Shown piece by piece: positions 24,586-38,349 of a DNA stretch of 64,000 nt (the stretch's first letter is position 1; every line of letters begins with the position of its first letter). Location of the stretch: NCBI GenBank assembly GCA_964016885.1, contig OZ024741.1, forward strand, positions 143,282,001-143,346,000, in the 5' to 3' direction. Position numbers and translations under genes: made by a program. Under the pieces are notes generated by a model. It worked only from the letters and a program-made list of their open reading frames with translations, was not told where the DNA came from and ran no database searches. The stretch is from Eledone cirrhosa (taxonomy: Eukaryota).

Positions 24586-24869
24586 TCATCATCATCATCA
24601 TTTAACGTCCATCTTCCATGCTAGCATGGGTTAGATGGGTTTGTCCCATTTAGGGGCAAGTTGGGTCGGGTGACTGTGTCTCGCTCATATAGGACTGTTT
24701 CTAGCTGGTTTTCTACGGCTGGATGCCCTTCCTAGCGTCAACCACATTTACAGTGTGTGTGTTGAGTGCTTTTTGTTGTGACACCTACACAACCACTTTA
24801 CAGTGAAAGTTTTGTGGAACCAGCATAACATACACGCACACATATATATATAAATACACACATATGGTG

Positions 24870-24908
<39 letters not shown>

Positions 24909-25670
24909 GGTCTATACATATATATTTGTGTGTATATACACATATCATCACCTACATCTTATGTCCATTTTCCATGCTAGCATGGTTAGAGGGGTTGTTG
25001 TGTTGTGGGCAATCCTAGGTCAGGTGACCATGTCTTGCTCATACCGGACTGGTTCTGGCTTTGTTTCTGCAGTTGGATGCGCTTCTTAACGTCAACCTCA
25101 CTTACAGTGAGTACTGGGTGCTTTTTGTCGTGATGCCATGACCACTTTACAGTGTGGGCTGGGTCCTTTTTGTTGTGACACCTACACAACCACTTTACAG
25201 TGTGGGCTGGGCACTTTTTGCCATGTCACCATCATGACCACTTTACAGCATGGGCTGGGGGGCTTCACTAGATGCATTTATTTTGGCCTGTCCTCCTGGG
25301 GGTGCAGCCTGTCTTCCTGGGGGTGTATATAAATATGTGCGTGTGTGTGTGTATACACACACAAACATACATCATCGATCTCTCGGATTTTTCCGTCTCT
25401 AAGGGTCTTCATCCTATTTTAGCTATTTTATAGCATCTCCGCTCATGAGCACACACACCACTCTTCATATTGAATATATATATCATCATCATCACCATTT
25501 AACATCCATTCTTCCATGCTACCATGGTTTAGATGAGTTGTCCCATTGTGAGACAAGTCAGATAGGTGATTGTCTTGCTCATGCAGAACTGTTTCTGGCT
25601 TGGTTTCTATGGCTGGATGCCTTTCCTAATGCCAACCACATTTACAGCATGGACTGGGTGCTTTTTATCG
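24586..25670 (-). mobile_element. Three RTE 3' UTR fragments interleaved with TA/CA microsatellite
   Basis: tttaacgtccatcttccatgctagcatgggtt tails at about 24600, 24960 and 25500, plus ~47-bp repeats. Confidence 0.75.
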
Positions 25671-26599
25671 TTTATAAGGTTGCACTAATATAGCATTTTT
25701 CATCATAGAAGTGTATATGAAAGCATATCTATGTTTATGTATAATAAACATACAAGTATCTAGCTATGAATTTTTCAAGAAGCCTATTTCTGGAATTTTA
25801 TCCTTTATCTCTCTCTCTGTCTCAGAGAGAGTGGTAGAATGATAATGTTGGTATCCTGTGATGTCAACAGCAGAATGATAATGTTTGTGACCTTAGATGT
25901 CAACAGTCAATTGGTAATGTTAGTGTCCTTAAATGTTAACAACAGTAAATTGATAAACAAAAGAAAACAAAAGTATATCTGTTAGAACACGAAAAGTGTG
26001 AAACAACAGAATGTTCACTTTTCGTGTTCTAACATATATGCCTAACTTCTTCATAAATTTTCCCGGGATAGCCGTGGTGGTGGTGATCGTATGTCATTGG
26101 CTAATTTTCAACCAATCAGAGTAAGTGTTGATATATATATATATATATATATATACTATTCCCCCTCTCTCTATATATATCTTACGCTTTCGCTTTACAC
26201 TCCTCCCCTTCAATAACACATTTCCCCCTCTCTATATATCTCTTCCACTGTTACTTACGCCTGTTTCTCTCTATCTGTTCCGTCTTTATATATATCTCTC
26301 TTACTCTTTCGCTTTGCACTCCTCCCCTTCAATACCATCTCTCCCCCTCTCTATATATTTGTTACTCTATCGCTGCACGCTCCTCTCCTTCAATATATCA
26401 ATTACACACGCTTTACACTCCTTTATCCCCAGCGCCCCTATATATACACCCCCCTCCCGCATCTATATTTTAATGTTCCGTTGCACCGTGAATATATGTG
26501 TCTATATATATATACATATATATTGTATATACACATTCATGTATGTGTATACACACTCATGTATGTATATACACTGGTTTTATGTGTGTTATGTGTGTA

Positions 26600-26720
26600 T
26601 TGTAAATTTGTACTGTTAAAACACGACACTAACATTCGATTGACACTTTGATTACCTGTACAGGCAATAGTTATTAGAATGCTGTTGAAGTGTGTATATA
26701 TTTTTTGGGGACATCCTGTA
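26600..26720 (-). mobile_element. Tc1/mariner-like TIR end
   Basis: The minus strand starts TA|CAGGATGTCCCCAAAAAAT. Confidence 0.45.
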
Positions 26721-26779
26721 TATACACACATTATATATAATACAATAAACAGATAAATACACACATATATATATGAGCT

Positions 26780-26880
26780 TATTTAATTATAAATATTGTG
26801 AATTTTTAACTCAGTTCAATTATATATATAAATGGCTTCTACAGGACTAGAACTGTTTCATTCGAAAGAAATCATCATAA
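26780..26880 (-). ncRNA. 5'-truncated HHR / pLTR fragment (family E)
   Basis: Minus strand aTGATGA-T-TTC-tttc-GAA-T-GAAA-cagttcta-GTC-ctgtag; the same family forms the hairpin at 48807. Confidence 0.6.
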
Positions 26881-27495
26881 TATTGAGAGGGGGGACTAGA
26901 TAAAATATTTCAAATCAAATGTGTATAAGTTATAAGTTAAAATGTATAAATAGAGACGATAGTGGAGGTATATCTGTTTAGTGGAACAGTAGACGATAGA
27001 ATTAAATACAGACGAGAATCTCCCTTTAATGAAACAGCAGACGATAGAATTAAGGCAATTTAAATTTTAAGCATTTGCATTTTTGCCTTTCATCGTTACG
27101 GGGTCGATAAAATAAAGTACCAGTAATACACTGTCACTATAAGTAGACGACTTTCAAATTGAATTGTTGGTTCCATTTCTTTAGTATTTTCAATTGTAGT
27201 TATCTACTTAAAAAGCGTTACACGGTTAGAGACATAGTTGGTAAGTTATATCTTCCCTATTAAACCATTGCATTCTTTCGCCTACAATAGAACAAAAATG
27301 AAATGTTCTTTAAAGAAACAGGAATATAACTTTATAAAAAAAAAAGTTGCATCCGCTTCTTTTATCATTGATAATGTTTTCGTTTTAATATTAATTGTTT
27401 TTTGTAGTTGTTTATATTAAAAATCTTACTGTAATATTTACTTAAACGAAGGCAGACATCTAAACTTATAGATTAATCTTGAGCGAAGGACTAGA

Positions 27496-27562
<67 letters not shown>

Positions 27563-27566
<4 letters not shown>

Positions 27567-27776
27567 GAAGAATGATAACATTTCAAGCAAAGAGTTTAAT
27601 TAGGTAATGACTTACAAATTTGTTTCAGTATATATTTAATATAATATTAATATATTTTGTAATATTATTAACTAATTATTATAATTAGCGCTTCAGGCTT
27701 TGTCTATATACTGAAACAAATTTGTAAGTCATTACCTAATTAAACTCTTTGCTTGAAATTTTATCACTCTTCGTTT
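27563..27776. repeat. Inverted repeat (~70-bp arms) carrying HHR 3' halves (family F)
   Basis: Each arm reads outward tatact-GAAA-CAAATTTG-TA-agtcatta with palindromic ACAAATTTGT. No CTGANGA half is retained. Confidence 0.65.
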
Positions 27777-27964
27777 TGAATTTCTCCTAAGTATTCAATA
27801 CTCTGTTGAGAAATACATTTTACATAAACAGTCTTTGTACCATTTATACGGTATTAATTACTTATATTTATATATATATATATATAGCGTATGATTAGAA
27901 CTGTGTTTATTATTAATATTTTAATGGATTTAATGAAAAATTTTAGGTGTTCATATATATATTC

Positions 27965-28027
27965 TAAAAATGCGCGAAATCGTGAATCCGCGATAGTTGA
28001 ACCGCCAAGTAGCGAGGTATCACTGTA
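27965..28027 (+). mobile_element. Tigger/pogo-like DNA transposon right end
   Basis: ccgcgatagttgaaccgccaagtagcgaggtatcactg|TA. Confidence 0.55.
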
Positions 28028-28053
28028 TATATGTTTAAATATATAGTGTAGCT

Positions 28054-28518
28054 GTGATGTATCTCGCGAGTGAATCGAGACCTGTCACTGATTTTGGTGT
28101 CCCCACTGCCGATGTGAATGAGCAACGCTGCACTTGTGAATTGGGTCTTGATGTTGCAGGCAGTTCATATACTTACAATGATGCGGTCCCACAAGCTTGT
28201 TCACATTCCTGTGCTAATAATCTAGATGGGCGTATTAAATTGGATGTGAAAGCAGCTTACCGGATGCGGAATCGGGAGAAGTTGAGACAAAAACAGGCCG
28301 ATTATAGAGCTGTGAATTTTGCTAAATTAACACAAAAACAGGCCAAGTATAGATGTTCAAAACGGTATGAGTTGGCAAACAAGCAGGCCAAGTATAGATC
28401 TGCAAATTCAGCTATTATATCTCAAAAGCAAGCCGAGCGTAGAGCTTCTAAACGTACCGAGTTGGCTAAAGAGCAGACCAAGTACAGATCTGCAAATATC
28501 TTATTGCACAAACAATAA
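28054..28518 (+). pseudogene. ORF with five 15-aa KQAxYR repeats, possibly a Helitron N-terminal relic
   Basis: KQADYRAVNFAKLTQ / KQAKYRCSKRYELAN / KQAKYRSANSAIISQ / KQAERRASKRTELAK / EQTKYRSANILLHKQ. Confidence 0.45.
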
Positions 28519-28729
28519 TTCTGCACAAATGTTGCTCCATTATTAGATCTAATGTTGCAACGATACAGATAAATGTTGTCTGTGTATTTTAAAAAAGATT
28601 TGCTTATAATCTTTTCAAATTTCATTACGCCAATGATTCAAGCTCAAATTGACATTATCTAAAAAATTGTACAAACAGCGGTGGATTAGCAGTAGTGAAC
28701 AGATAAATCAGTCAATTTATTAAGATTGA

Positions 28730-29380
28730 CTTGGCATCAATCAGCAAGACCTTCATTAGCTGCTCTCCAGCCATCTATTTAAAGCTGTATACATCTATGG
28801 TACGAATACACTTGGAGTTCGCGTCATCAGTCTGGAACCCCTATCTTGCTCAGAACATTGACCTCCTGGAAACTGTTCAGAGACATGCAACCAAGCGCAT
28901 ACCCTCCATCAGACACCTACCATACCCTGAATATTTTGCTTCCCTCTGGCAATGGACTTGGTAAACACCCACAAAGTTATTAACCATCCGACCAACAACA
29001 ACCCCGAACACCTTTTTGATCTCCATGTGTCTAACACGTGGACATGCCTACAAAGTCAGAAAACAACACAGCTCCCATGACTTTAGGAAATATTTCTTCA
29101 TGCTCAGAGTTGCTGAAGGATGGAACAAACTTCCTGCATCAGTTGTTAGCTGATGACACACTGCATCCTTTAAAACCATCATACATTCCGAAATACACCA
29201 AAACTACACCTGATGTCCCCCTTCCATACACATGCACATATGTGTATATCATGACTCATGCACTGTTCTTTTTTCATGACGTTTTTATATTACCCTATGT
29301 ATTATATATGCACTTTTGATGAGTTGTAGTGCACCTCAGCATTGTACACAATATTTTCATTATTATTATCATTATTATTA
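28730..29380 (+). mobile_element. CR1-group LINE 3' end
   Basis: LYTSMVRIHLEFASSVWNPY...LETVQRHATKRIP..LPY with an (ATT)n tail. Confidence 0.88.
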
Positions 29381-29829
29381 TTACACTCATTGATCCATTT
29401 TGCACTAACTCTGCCTCAAGCACCCTCACCTAAATATTAACCAATCAAGGATCCAATACAGCTATCTGTTGGATGAGTATTGTATAGTGCCAAAAACGAA
29501 ACCAATCAGTTTAGCAGAAAGTTTCCAGACAAGAAACGCGCATATTTTGCTATCCTCAAACACGTTTACACATGGCATGAAATATAACTAATCCGAGATG
29601 GCTAGGTTTCATCTTCTAACTGGATATACGAAATCCATTATGTCTTGACAACAACATGAGGTAACATTATGTTATTCACAGACACACTTTGTACACTGTT
29701 CCATATCAGAATGTATTTCCTTCGTCACATTCACAAACAGTATTGAAAATATGTTCTTCGGCAAATAAAAATGTTTTGTTCATAATATTTCAACTAGCGA
29801 TTGCTCTACTCCACGCACGACCACCATAA

Positions 29830-30025
29830 ATTAATGACCAGCTCAACACAAGTATTGGTAGAGCGTCAGACACCATGCTTTGCAGTATTGTTATGGTCCT
29901 TTGCATTCTAAGTTCAAATCCTGCCGAGGTTAACTTCGACTTTCATACTTACTAATTCGATAAAATAAAGTACCAGTAATGGACTGCCGTAATGGATTTG
30001 TGCCGAAAAATAGAAACACTATTAA
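29830..30025 (+). mobile_element. TAA-tailed tRNA SINE
   Basis: gttcaaatcctgccgaggttaac..gataaaataaagtaccag. Confidence 0.7.
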
Positions 30026-30575
30026 TGTGCAATAAGAGCAAAATATAACGACATTGCTCAATTATTTTATCTAATGTTGTAATAACACAAGGAAATGTTG
30101 TTTGTGTATTTTTTTTTTATATTTGCTCATAGGCTTTTACAATTTCGCTCAGCCAACAACTATTAAAAAGTGAGTTGCTTAAGATAACAATTTAATCACA
30201 AATTGTTGCTATCTTTTAATACACTCCAACAAGTCATCAAATTATGTACAATAAAAACAAATCTTATTAATTTGCTCAGGGAATATAAAGAAAATGTATA
30301 TACACTGATAATTGCAATTGTATGTAAATATTTTGTTTTTGTATTGTTTATTTTATGTTTTCTATTATGTATAATATATTGATTTAATATTGATTGTTTT
30401 TTGTAGTTGTTTATATTAAAAGTCTGAAAATATTTTTATACATCTTACACTAATATTTATAAGATAATTTATAATAACAATTACATAATCTAATTACATT
30501 ACAACGATAATTTATTATTAATATATATCCTGTTTAACTAGAGTTATTACAAGCGTTGCCTTAAAAAAATATTAA

Positions 30576-31532
30576 ACTAGACATGAAAAATGCGCAAGCT
30601 CAAAAGTGCCACAGAATGTTATAATAAACCTTCAAAAGTGTGGGACTAGAGTTGTTGCTAAAAAATATTGTAATCATTATATATCGTACATTCTGTGGCA
30701 TCCTTTATAAAAATAGCTTAAACCAACGAAGCTTTTATTTTTACGCTATTTCACTTAGTTAATTCTTAGAGTGTAACATATAAAAATAAATACATCTATG
30801 TTTAATGTAATAACAGCTATAAATAATTACGTAATATTATTATCATATACTCATAGTAACAAAATAATTGTGTTGAAAATTAATATGATGCTTATATGAA
30901 CGATCAAATCTATAATGATAATTTCTTAAATATACTAATAGTAAAATAATTTAGTTATCTATTGTTACATTTTCATAGAACTATAATATTAACAATCGTA
31001 TTGCATTATCAAATTTTTATCACTACAAACTTTCATATTGGAATTACCTTAAGCCACTTATTATTACTTCGCTTTCGTACTTTTACAGCTGTAGATATTG
31101 CGCTGTATCTTATATCTAATATCAATATCTCATGGTAATTTGCATGCAGTGTAAAATAGGTTTATTAATAACTTTAATATGAAATGTATTATACAGGGCT
31201 GCGGAGTCGGCCAAAAATTGACTGGCTCCAACTCAGGATCCGATACTCCATTATTTCCTAAATTTCAGCTCCGCAGCTCTGTTATTATATTAATTAATTT
31301 ATTTTATAGTTGTAAATCATATTTTTATATGTTACACTCTAAGAATTAACTAAGTGAAATAGCGTAAAAATAAAGGCTTCGTTGGTTTAAGCTATTTTTA
31401 TAAAGGATGCCACAGAATGTACGATATATAATGATTACAATATTTTTTAGCAACAACTCTAGTCCCACACTTTTGAAGGTTTATTATAACATTCTGTGGC
31501 ACTTTTGAGCTTGCGCATTTTTCATGTCTAGT
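30576..31532. mobile_element. Fold-back element: ~212-bp inverted arms (30576-30787 and 31321-31532)
   Basis: actagacatgaaaaatgcgcaagc...catataaaaat versus its near-perfect reverse complement; the right end abuts (TA)n. Confidence 0.85.
31194..31281. mobile_element. Tiny MITE (hAT-like)
   Basis: TIRs cagggctgcggag / ctccgcagctctg; flanks gtattata / ttattata (7 of 8 match, TSD-like). Confidence 0.55.
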
Positions 31533-31779
31533 ATATATATATATATATAACAGACACAGTATTTTTTTTATTCTTTTTTAAAAAATTCCTTTAATATACA
31601 TGAAAGTCAATTTATTCTTTTTTTTTTATATTAAGAACTGGAAATACCAATACCATATATGGACAATTTAGGTTTTTGCTTGTTTGTTTCTTTTTTTTTC
31701 TGAGTATCACAGGATATCAAAAATGTTATCATCATTTTTATTATAATTATTATTGTTATTTTTATATGATTATTATTAC

Positions 31780-32320
31780 TGAGGGTGGTAGATTGACAGA
31801 ATTGCTAGAGTGTCAGACAAAATGCTTTATGGCATTTAGTTACAGCCCCTTACATTGTGAGTTTAAATCCTGCTGTGGTTAACTGTCTTTTATCCTTCTG
31901 AGGTCGATAAATAATGTACCAGTCCCACTTTGAGGTTGATTTAATCGACTTTCAAATCCTTTCAAATTGCTGGCCTTGTATCACATGTAGAAACAATTAT
32001 TATTATTGTTATTTATCAGGTATAAATGTTGTGGATTGGACGAATCATTTAAGCACTGGATAAAATGCTTTGAATTCTGATTTAAAATCTTGACAAGGTC
32101 AACATTTGCTTTCATTCTTTTGGGGTTGTTAAAATAAAGAACCAGATCAATATAATCAGCTTTCCCTCTGCCCAAATTGCTAGTCTTGTGCCTAAAGTAT
32201 AAATCATTATTATTAGTTTTGTTACTAACGATCCTTACGGGGTCGATAAAATAAAGTACCAGTAATGCACTGGGTAATTGCTGGCCTTGTGCCTAAAGTT
32301 GAAACAATTATTATTGTTAC
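31780..32320 (+). mobile_element. Head-to-tail array of three TAA-tailed SINEs
   Basis: Repeated gtcgataaa..gtaccag and aattgctggccttgtgcctaaag..aacaattattatt. Confidence 0.75.
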
Positions 32321-32599
32321 TAACAAGATCCGTGTAAATTTCACAGAATAAAGAAAATTAAGAGGAAATATTTAAGAAAAAAAGAAAGATTTGCATTTTT
32401 ATTGCATATAAATCTTATTGTTGCCTGTGCAATAAATAATACAAAAATATACAATAACAATCTCTATAATATGCATATCATTTGTTAGTATTTAATTCTA
32501 TTGAAGCTGCAAAATCAATATATAATTGCATAATAGTTATTACACAATATTTTATCATAACTCATCATAATGTTCCCACAACTGGTGCCACTCTAGACA

Positions 32600-32965
32600 C
32601 TTTTGCAGTCAGTTGTCCCCATTGCATAGAAGGGTCTCGGTGTTGTGACCAGTCTTTCATGTTGTCATACGAGGATTTTCTTTGTCTTCCTCGTCTTTGC
32701 CCTCTCTTGATTGTGCTCTGAAGGATGCTTTTAGACAAGAAGTTGTGGTGGGATACATGACCATATCAGGCAAGCTTCCATCTGTTCACCATTGCAAGGA
32801 GTGGTTTCTGTCTGTCAGCATATTTATTAACTTGCTACCTGACAAATCTGTTTGTTTTGTGCTCAGTGTATAGGATGTGTAGCAACATACTGAAGCACTT
32901 GTGTGTTCAAATGACTTAATTCTTCGTTCCATGTTAGCTGTGAAAGTCCAATTTTCTGTGTACAG
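32600..32965 (-). mobile_element. Degenerate RTE 3' fragment
   Basis: LYTENWTFTANMERRIKSFE...; downstream ILQSTIKRGKDEE-like RTE C-terminus. Confidence 0.65.
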
Positions 32966-33339
32966 GTGGTACACCATCTATCCCCACAAAAATAACTATT
33001 TCATTGCTAGTTGGTCAATTATAGCATCTCATATCTGATCCTCTTCTAAATCTTAATTCAGAGTACTGTACAGGACGATTTTCTCTTCTTGTTCGATGTT
33101 ATGCATTGTATTATTCACTTCAACACATGGATTACATTCATTTACCAGGTATCATCTCTTCTCAACAGACTGGATACCATGGGTTGTTGTAATGTTATCA
33201 ACCATGGTTAACTATGGGTGTGTACATGTTAGGCCCCTCCTCCAATCCTGTTCCATGGTGGTTGGTAGGCTACAGTGGGGTGTGAAACTCAAAATAAAAA
33301 CGGTAGAAGAGAAAATACCAAAAGGCATCTAATTCATCT

Positions 33340-35490
33340 GGTGTTTTAACAATTCCATCAACCCATTGTCCTAGGCTGGTACTTTATTTATCAACTCTGA
33401 AAGGATGATGAAAGGCAAAGTTGACCTCCACGAGATTTGAACACAGAAAGCAGACAGTTGGAACAAATACTACAGCCAGTCATCCTGTCTAATGTTCTAA
33501 TGATGCCCCCCCCCCCCCCCCCGAACTGCATAGTACTTTATTAATCCCCATCCCCCCAAAGAAAAGACAAAGTTAGTTGACCTTAGTGAGATTTGAACAC
33601 AGAATACAAAGATTTGGAATAAATAACATTAGACTTTTCATTTGATGCTCTGATGTTTCTGCCAAATTAAGAATGGTGGATTGTCAGCATTGTTAGAGCA
33701 TCAGACAAAATGCTTTGGAACATTTAGTTATGACCCTTTATGTTCTGAGTTCAAATGATGCCGAAGTTAGCTTTGCCTTTCATTCCTACAAGGTTCATAA
33801 AATAAAGTACCAGTAACACAGTGGAGTCAATTTAATTGACTTTCCTCTCCCCTAAAATTGTTGACCTGGTGCCTAAATCAGAAACTGTTATTAAGTTAAA
33901 ATTTCACTAAACCTCTCATAATTCTTGATTATTTTGATAATTAAAACACAAAGGTGGTATATTCTTGTTAGAAATAGGGTTATGAAAGTGTTAAGTTTAT
34001 TTGCTTGTTTTCAGAATCTCACCTCCAACCCACCACCGTCATCATCATCTCTACCACCAAGCTACTTTGATATTTTTCTTTCTATATATATGTACAGTTT
34101 TTAGAATGTTCTTTTGTCCCTCTCCCAGCAGCACAACAAAATAGCTGCCAGGGCAACTTATTGAATGATGGATGGTGCATGACTGACAGACCATAACTGA
34201 ACAACCAACTTTTATTACGATCAATACAATGACAAATATAAGTAACAAATGTGTGTACCAAAGCCGTAACACCATACAACAGATGTCAGTCATCTATATG
34301 GACTATTAGTTATTTAACATACAGCAGATACCAATCACAGAAATTCTCTTCACAACCATTGAAGAAAATTGATATAAAAATATACACACACAAGCAGACA
34401 TGCACACACACCACAGCAACATACAGATAGACATGCATACACACATAAACACAGACAGACAAAGACACACACATACAGACATACACTCATATACATACAC
34501 ATACAAAACTCCAATAAATGCATATATTTCAAAAACAGGACAAAAATATTTAACATAAATAGTAAATAATGAGAAGAATTTACTAAATGGTAACACTGAT
34601 GATGATAATGGGAGAGGGGTGAGTCAATTATATTGTCCCCAGTACTTGTCTGTCTAAGGTATGTCTCATCCGGTTGGTGCTTCTCCCAGTTCCCTTGGCA
34701 TTAACTGACTGAGAGTACAAGACTTCTCCTTGAACAGGATGCCTGTTTGTTGCAGGGTTAAACTCCCAGCTACTGCTGGTATTTATTTTCAGTTGAGTGT
34801 ACTGGAGCAACATGAAATGAAATGTTTTGCTCAAAAACACAACAGACAACCCAGTCCAGGATTCAAACCCATACCATTATGACTGTAAGTTGAACACCCT
34901 ATCCACTAGGCCACATATGTTTACTAGTATTTGACAGGTACATTATTTTATGTACTGCAGAAGTATGAAAGGCAAAGTTAACCTTGCCGGGATTTTAACT
35001 CAGAATGTAAAGAACGAGAACAACTACTGCAAAGCTTTTTTTCCCAATGTTTAATAATAATTGTTTCTACTTTTGGCACAAGGCCAGCAATTATCCCAGT
35101 GTATTACTGGTACTTTTATTTCATCAACCCCATAAAGATGAAAGGCAAAGTTAACCTCGGCGGGATTTGAACTCAGAATGGCAAGGGCCGTAACTCTATG
35201 CGTCAAAGCATAGTGTCCGACCCTCTACCGATACTGCCAATCCACCAATGCTTTAATAATAATGATGATGATGATGATGATGATGATTGTTTCTACTTTA
35301 GGCACAAGGCCAGCAATTTGATGGAGAGGGGGAAAGTCGATTAAATCGACCCCAGTGCATGACTGGTACTTTATTTTATCGCACCCAAAAGGATGAAAGG
35401 CAAAACTGATCTCGATGGGATTTGAACTCAGAATGTTAGAATGTTGTAACTAAATACAACAAAGCATTTTGACCAGCACTCTACAGATAC
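33340..35490. mobile_element. SINE-rich tract: TAA-tailed family at about 33340-33670 (minus), 33670-33895 (plus) and 34930-35490 (minus); CORE-like SINE at 34640-34915 (minus)
   Basis: Recurrent gatgaaaggcaaagttaacctcggcgggatttgaactcagaa and actggagcaacatgaaatgaaatgttttgctcaa. Confidence 0.72.
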
Positions 35491-35799
35491 TACCAAGAAA
35501 ACATTAAAGATGGCACAGGATGATACAATGTAGGTTTTTTTAAGCTAAAAAATGTTTAATAAAAACAGCAAACAAAACAAATTCCCCAATAGCAGGAGAC
35601 TTCTGAGGGTCACTCGTGGAGAAAGTCCACAAAAATCCACAGTCACCCTGACAGTTAGAGCAAGTTCCCCCTCCTAGTTAGAGTAAGTTCCCCCTCCTAG
35701 TTTTCTCATTCAATCTACAGATGCACACTCAGAGCAGGTCCATTCACTCGAACCATACTCACCACTCTCACCCACCTTTAAACAAATTGGTTGGAAGGC

Positions 35800-37150
35800 A
35801 GCGCTTACTTTTCCTTGTCAAGTGAAACCTGAAAAAGTTAATCAGGGCTTCACCAGATTCTCTTCAAGAATGTTGGCACATTTACCTGCCACTAACCCTC
35901 TATATAACACCAAGCAGGAGTTTCCACTGATCATACTGTCTGATTGGCAGAGGACTGTGTGTACTTGAAGACATTCCAATTTCCAAGAGCTCCCTCTTGA
36001 TCTTCACTTGACCCAGAATTGCAGCTCTGTGAATAAGATGAACTGGGGGAAAATATGTTTAAGTGAATGGTGACCACACCTATTCACCATCAAGGAAAAG
36101 CTGTATATGCTGTAGCCTCTGTGCATGTCTGCACATTACCAGTCACAGTATGCCCAGTCCTCCATGCAGCAAGGTGTTGACGGCAGATGGATCACCTGAC
36201 CATCAGAACACATCCCTTCCACAAGAAGCAAAAGAGTAAATGCTCCAGTACAGTCAAATGGAAACTTGGACAAGGCACGACAATCAGGTAATAGTAGATA
36301 ACAGATGTGCTGTATGGCTTTGCCACTTCTGCCTAACCTTTCAAGGATAGCTTCCTCTCAGCCCATTTCTGGATGAGGGTGGCCACCCTGCTTGTTACCT
36401 TGTCCTAACTTTTGTCAGTCTGTTGAAGGGTATAGACCTGCCTGTGCAGGTGCTAAGCTGCAAGCTCACCAACATTTCTGGTTAATTTTCCTCCTGCCAC
36501 TGCTTCGTATTCCCTCAGAGCAGTGCTGATCACATAAGTGTGTTTGATGGTCAACACCACTATTGTGACATTATCAGCATACGTTGACACAGATCCCCCC
36601 CATATCCTAGATCATGCTTCTAATTTATGGAGTAATGGCTTGAGAATCAGTATGTATAACAGGGATGAAAGAGGACACCCTTGCCGACCGAGCGCATGAT
36701 GTTGAATGGCTACTTCTGGGACCTATTCACTCTGATCACTGAGCAAATGTTGCTGAACATTGCACTGTTACATCCCCGAAAATGGGCCCAAAGCTGGCTG
36801 CCTTGAGGACCACTACTGAGTACCAATGGCCAACCCTATCAAAAGTTTTTGATTGATCCAGGTTGATTAGGGTCTCATCACTAACACCATGACCAAAATT
36901 TTGAACTCTGCATTTATTGAACTCTGAGTTATGGGTCTGAAATTACCATTATAGTTCCTCCTTGTTCAAGTCCTTTCTCAGCAGTACTGAAAACTGAACT
37001 CCTCAGCTCACAGAACCGAGAATTCTTCCATTTTGTGGCCAGTTGCAGAAGATGTCTGCCAAGAGGTCACTGAACAAGTCTGGCAACTTGTAGAACAAAC
37101 CATCCAAAACAAGTGATTTACCCCTCAATAGAGATTATTCTTCCTGACAG
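35800..37150 (-). mobile_element. Old Tx1/L1-like ORF2 fragment
   Basis: Minus strand RSARQGCPLSSLLYILILKPLLHKLE, VSTYADNVT and LSLKG; homologous to 22700-23500. Confidence 0.78.
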
Positions 37151-37341
37151 CTATAGCACCACACAACAAATACCAGTTGTTTGGACATCAACAATGATAC
37201 ACAACAGATGCAGGTCATGAGAGAGAGAGAAGAGGAAGGTGTGTACACACATACATTAATGTTGATGAACATGGACACACACATTAAAGTAGATAGACAT
37301 GGACACACACACACACATTAAAGTAGATATATTAAGATTGA

Positions 37342-38035
37342 TGGATGTGTAATAGTAATATACGTGAACGGCAAAGCATAAACGAAGTAAGGGAGAAATT
37401 GGGAATAAGTGGGATCAGATGTTGTTTACTCGAGAGAAGACTACGTTGGTATGGTCACATGATGCGCATGAAAGACGACAGCTGTATAAAAAAGTGCAGG
37501 GCGATAAAAATAGACGGTAGCCACGGAGTAGGCAGACCCAGAAAAACCTGGGACGACTTGATAAATTCCAACCTCACACACACCTCTCCAAGACAATGTC
37601 ACTGGACCGAGCTCTTTGGCGCTACACAGTAATACAGAAGACCCGCCTTGCCTAAGTACAAAGCGAAACCTACAGTCAGTAGGCACCTCTAACAAAAATA
37701 CACCCCGGCCCCACTACCCCCACCCCATCCACACCACCCCCTTCAATGTGAAGTTATGTTGGTACCACAACATCCAGGCCGAAACAAATGAGGTCGTGTA
37801 GGTGTCACGACAAAAAAACACACAGTCCACGCTGTAATGTGGCCGTGTAGGTAACACAGTAAAAACCTCCCAGTCCACACTGTAAACGTGGTTGGTGTTA
37901 GGAAAGGCATCCAGCCGTAGAAAACCCGCCAGACAGTCCTATACGAGCAGGACAACCAATCTTGCCTCAAGTGGGAAAACTCCCGTCCAAACCCATGCAA
38001 GCGTGGAAGATGGACGTTAAACGATGATGATGATG
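37342..38035 (+). mobile_element. 5'-truncated RTE LINE
   Basis: WMCNSNIRERQS...[12 protein letters not shown]...GRPRKTW plus 3' UTR and (gat)n. Confidence 0.88.
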
Positions 38036-38349
38036 GACATGAACAGACACAATTAAGGTTGATAGACATAGACACACTAAACAAAGAAGCACCAAGACAA
38101 AGATCCCTCTCCCCCTCCAGACAGACATTCATACAAGAAACTTTAACAATAACAGCAACAAAAAATAACAAAGAAATATTGGACAATATCTTGAGAACGT
38201 ACATATTTTATGAAACAATTGGTTTCAACTAATGTACTGTTGGTTTATGAGTTATATTTTCTAGAATATTCTAATACCTTTGGTAATATTTTGATCATTC
38301 ACTTTTGTATTTTGTTCTTTGATCCACATTCAGATATAAATATATATAA

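Noticed and set aside
25979-26034. Short hairpins here and at 17600-17810 as ribozyme cassettes
   Set aside because: Real inverted repeats, but no CUGANGA/GAAA core in a workable arrangement.
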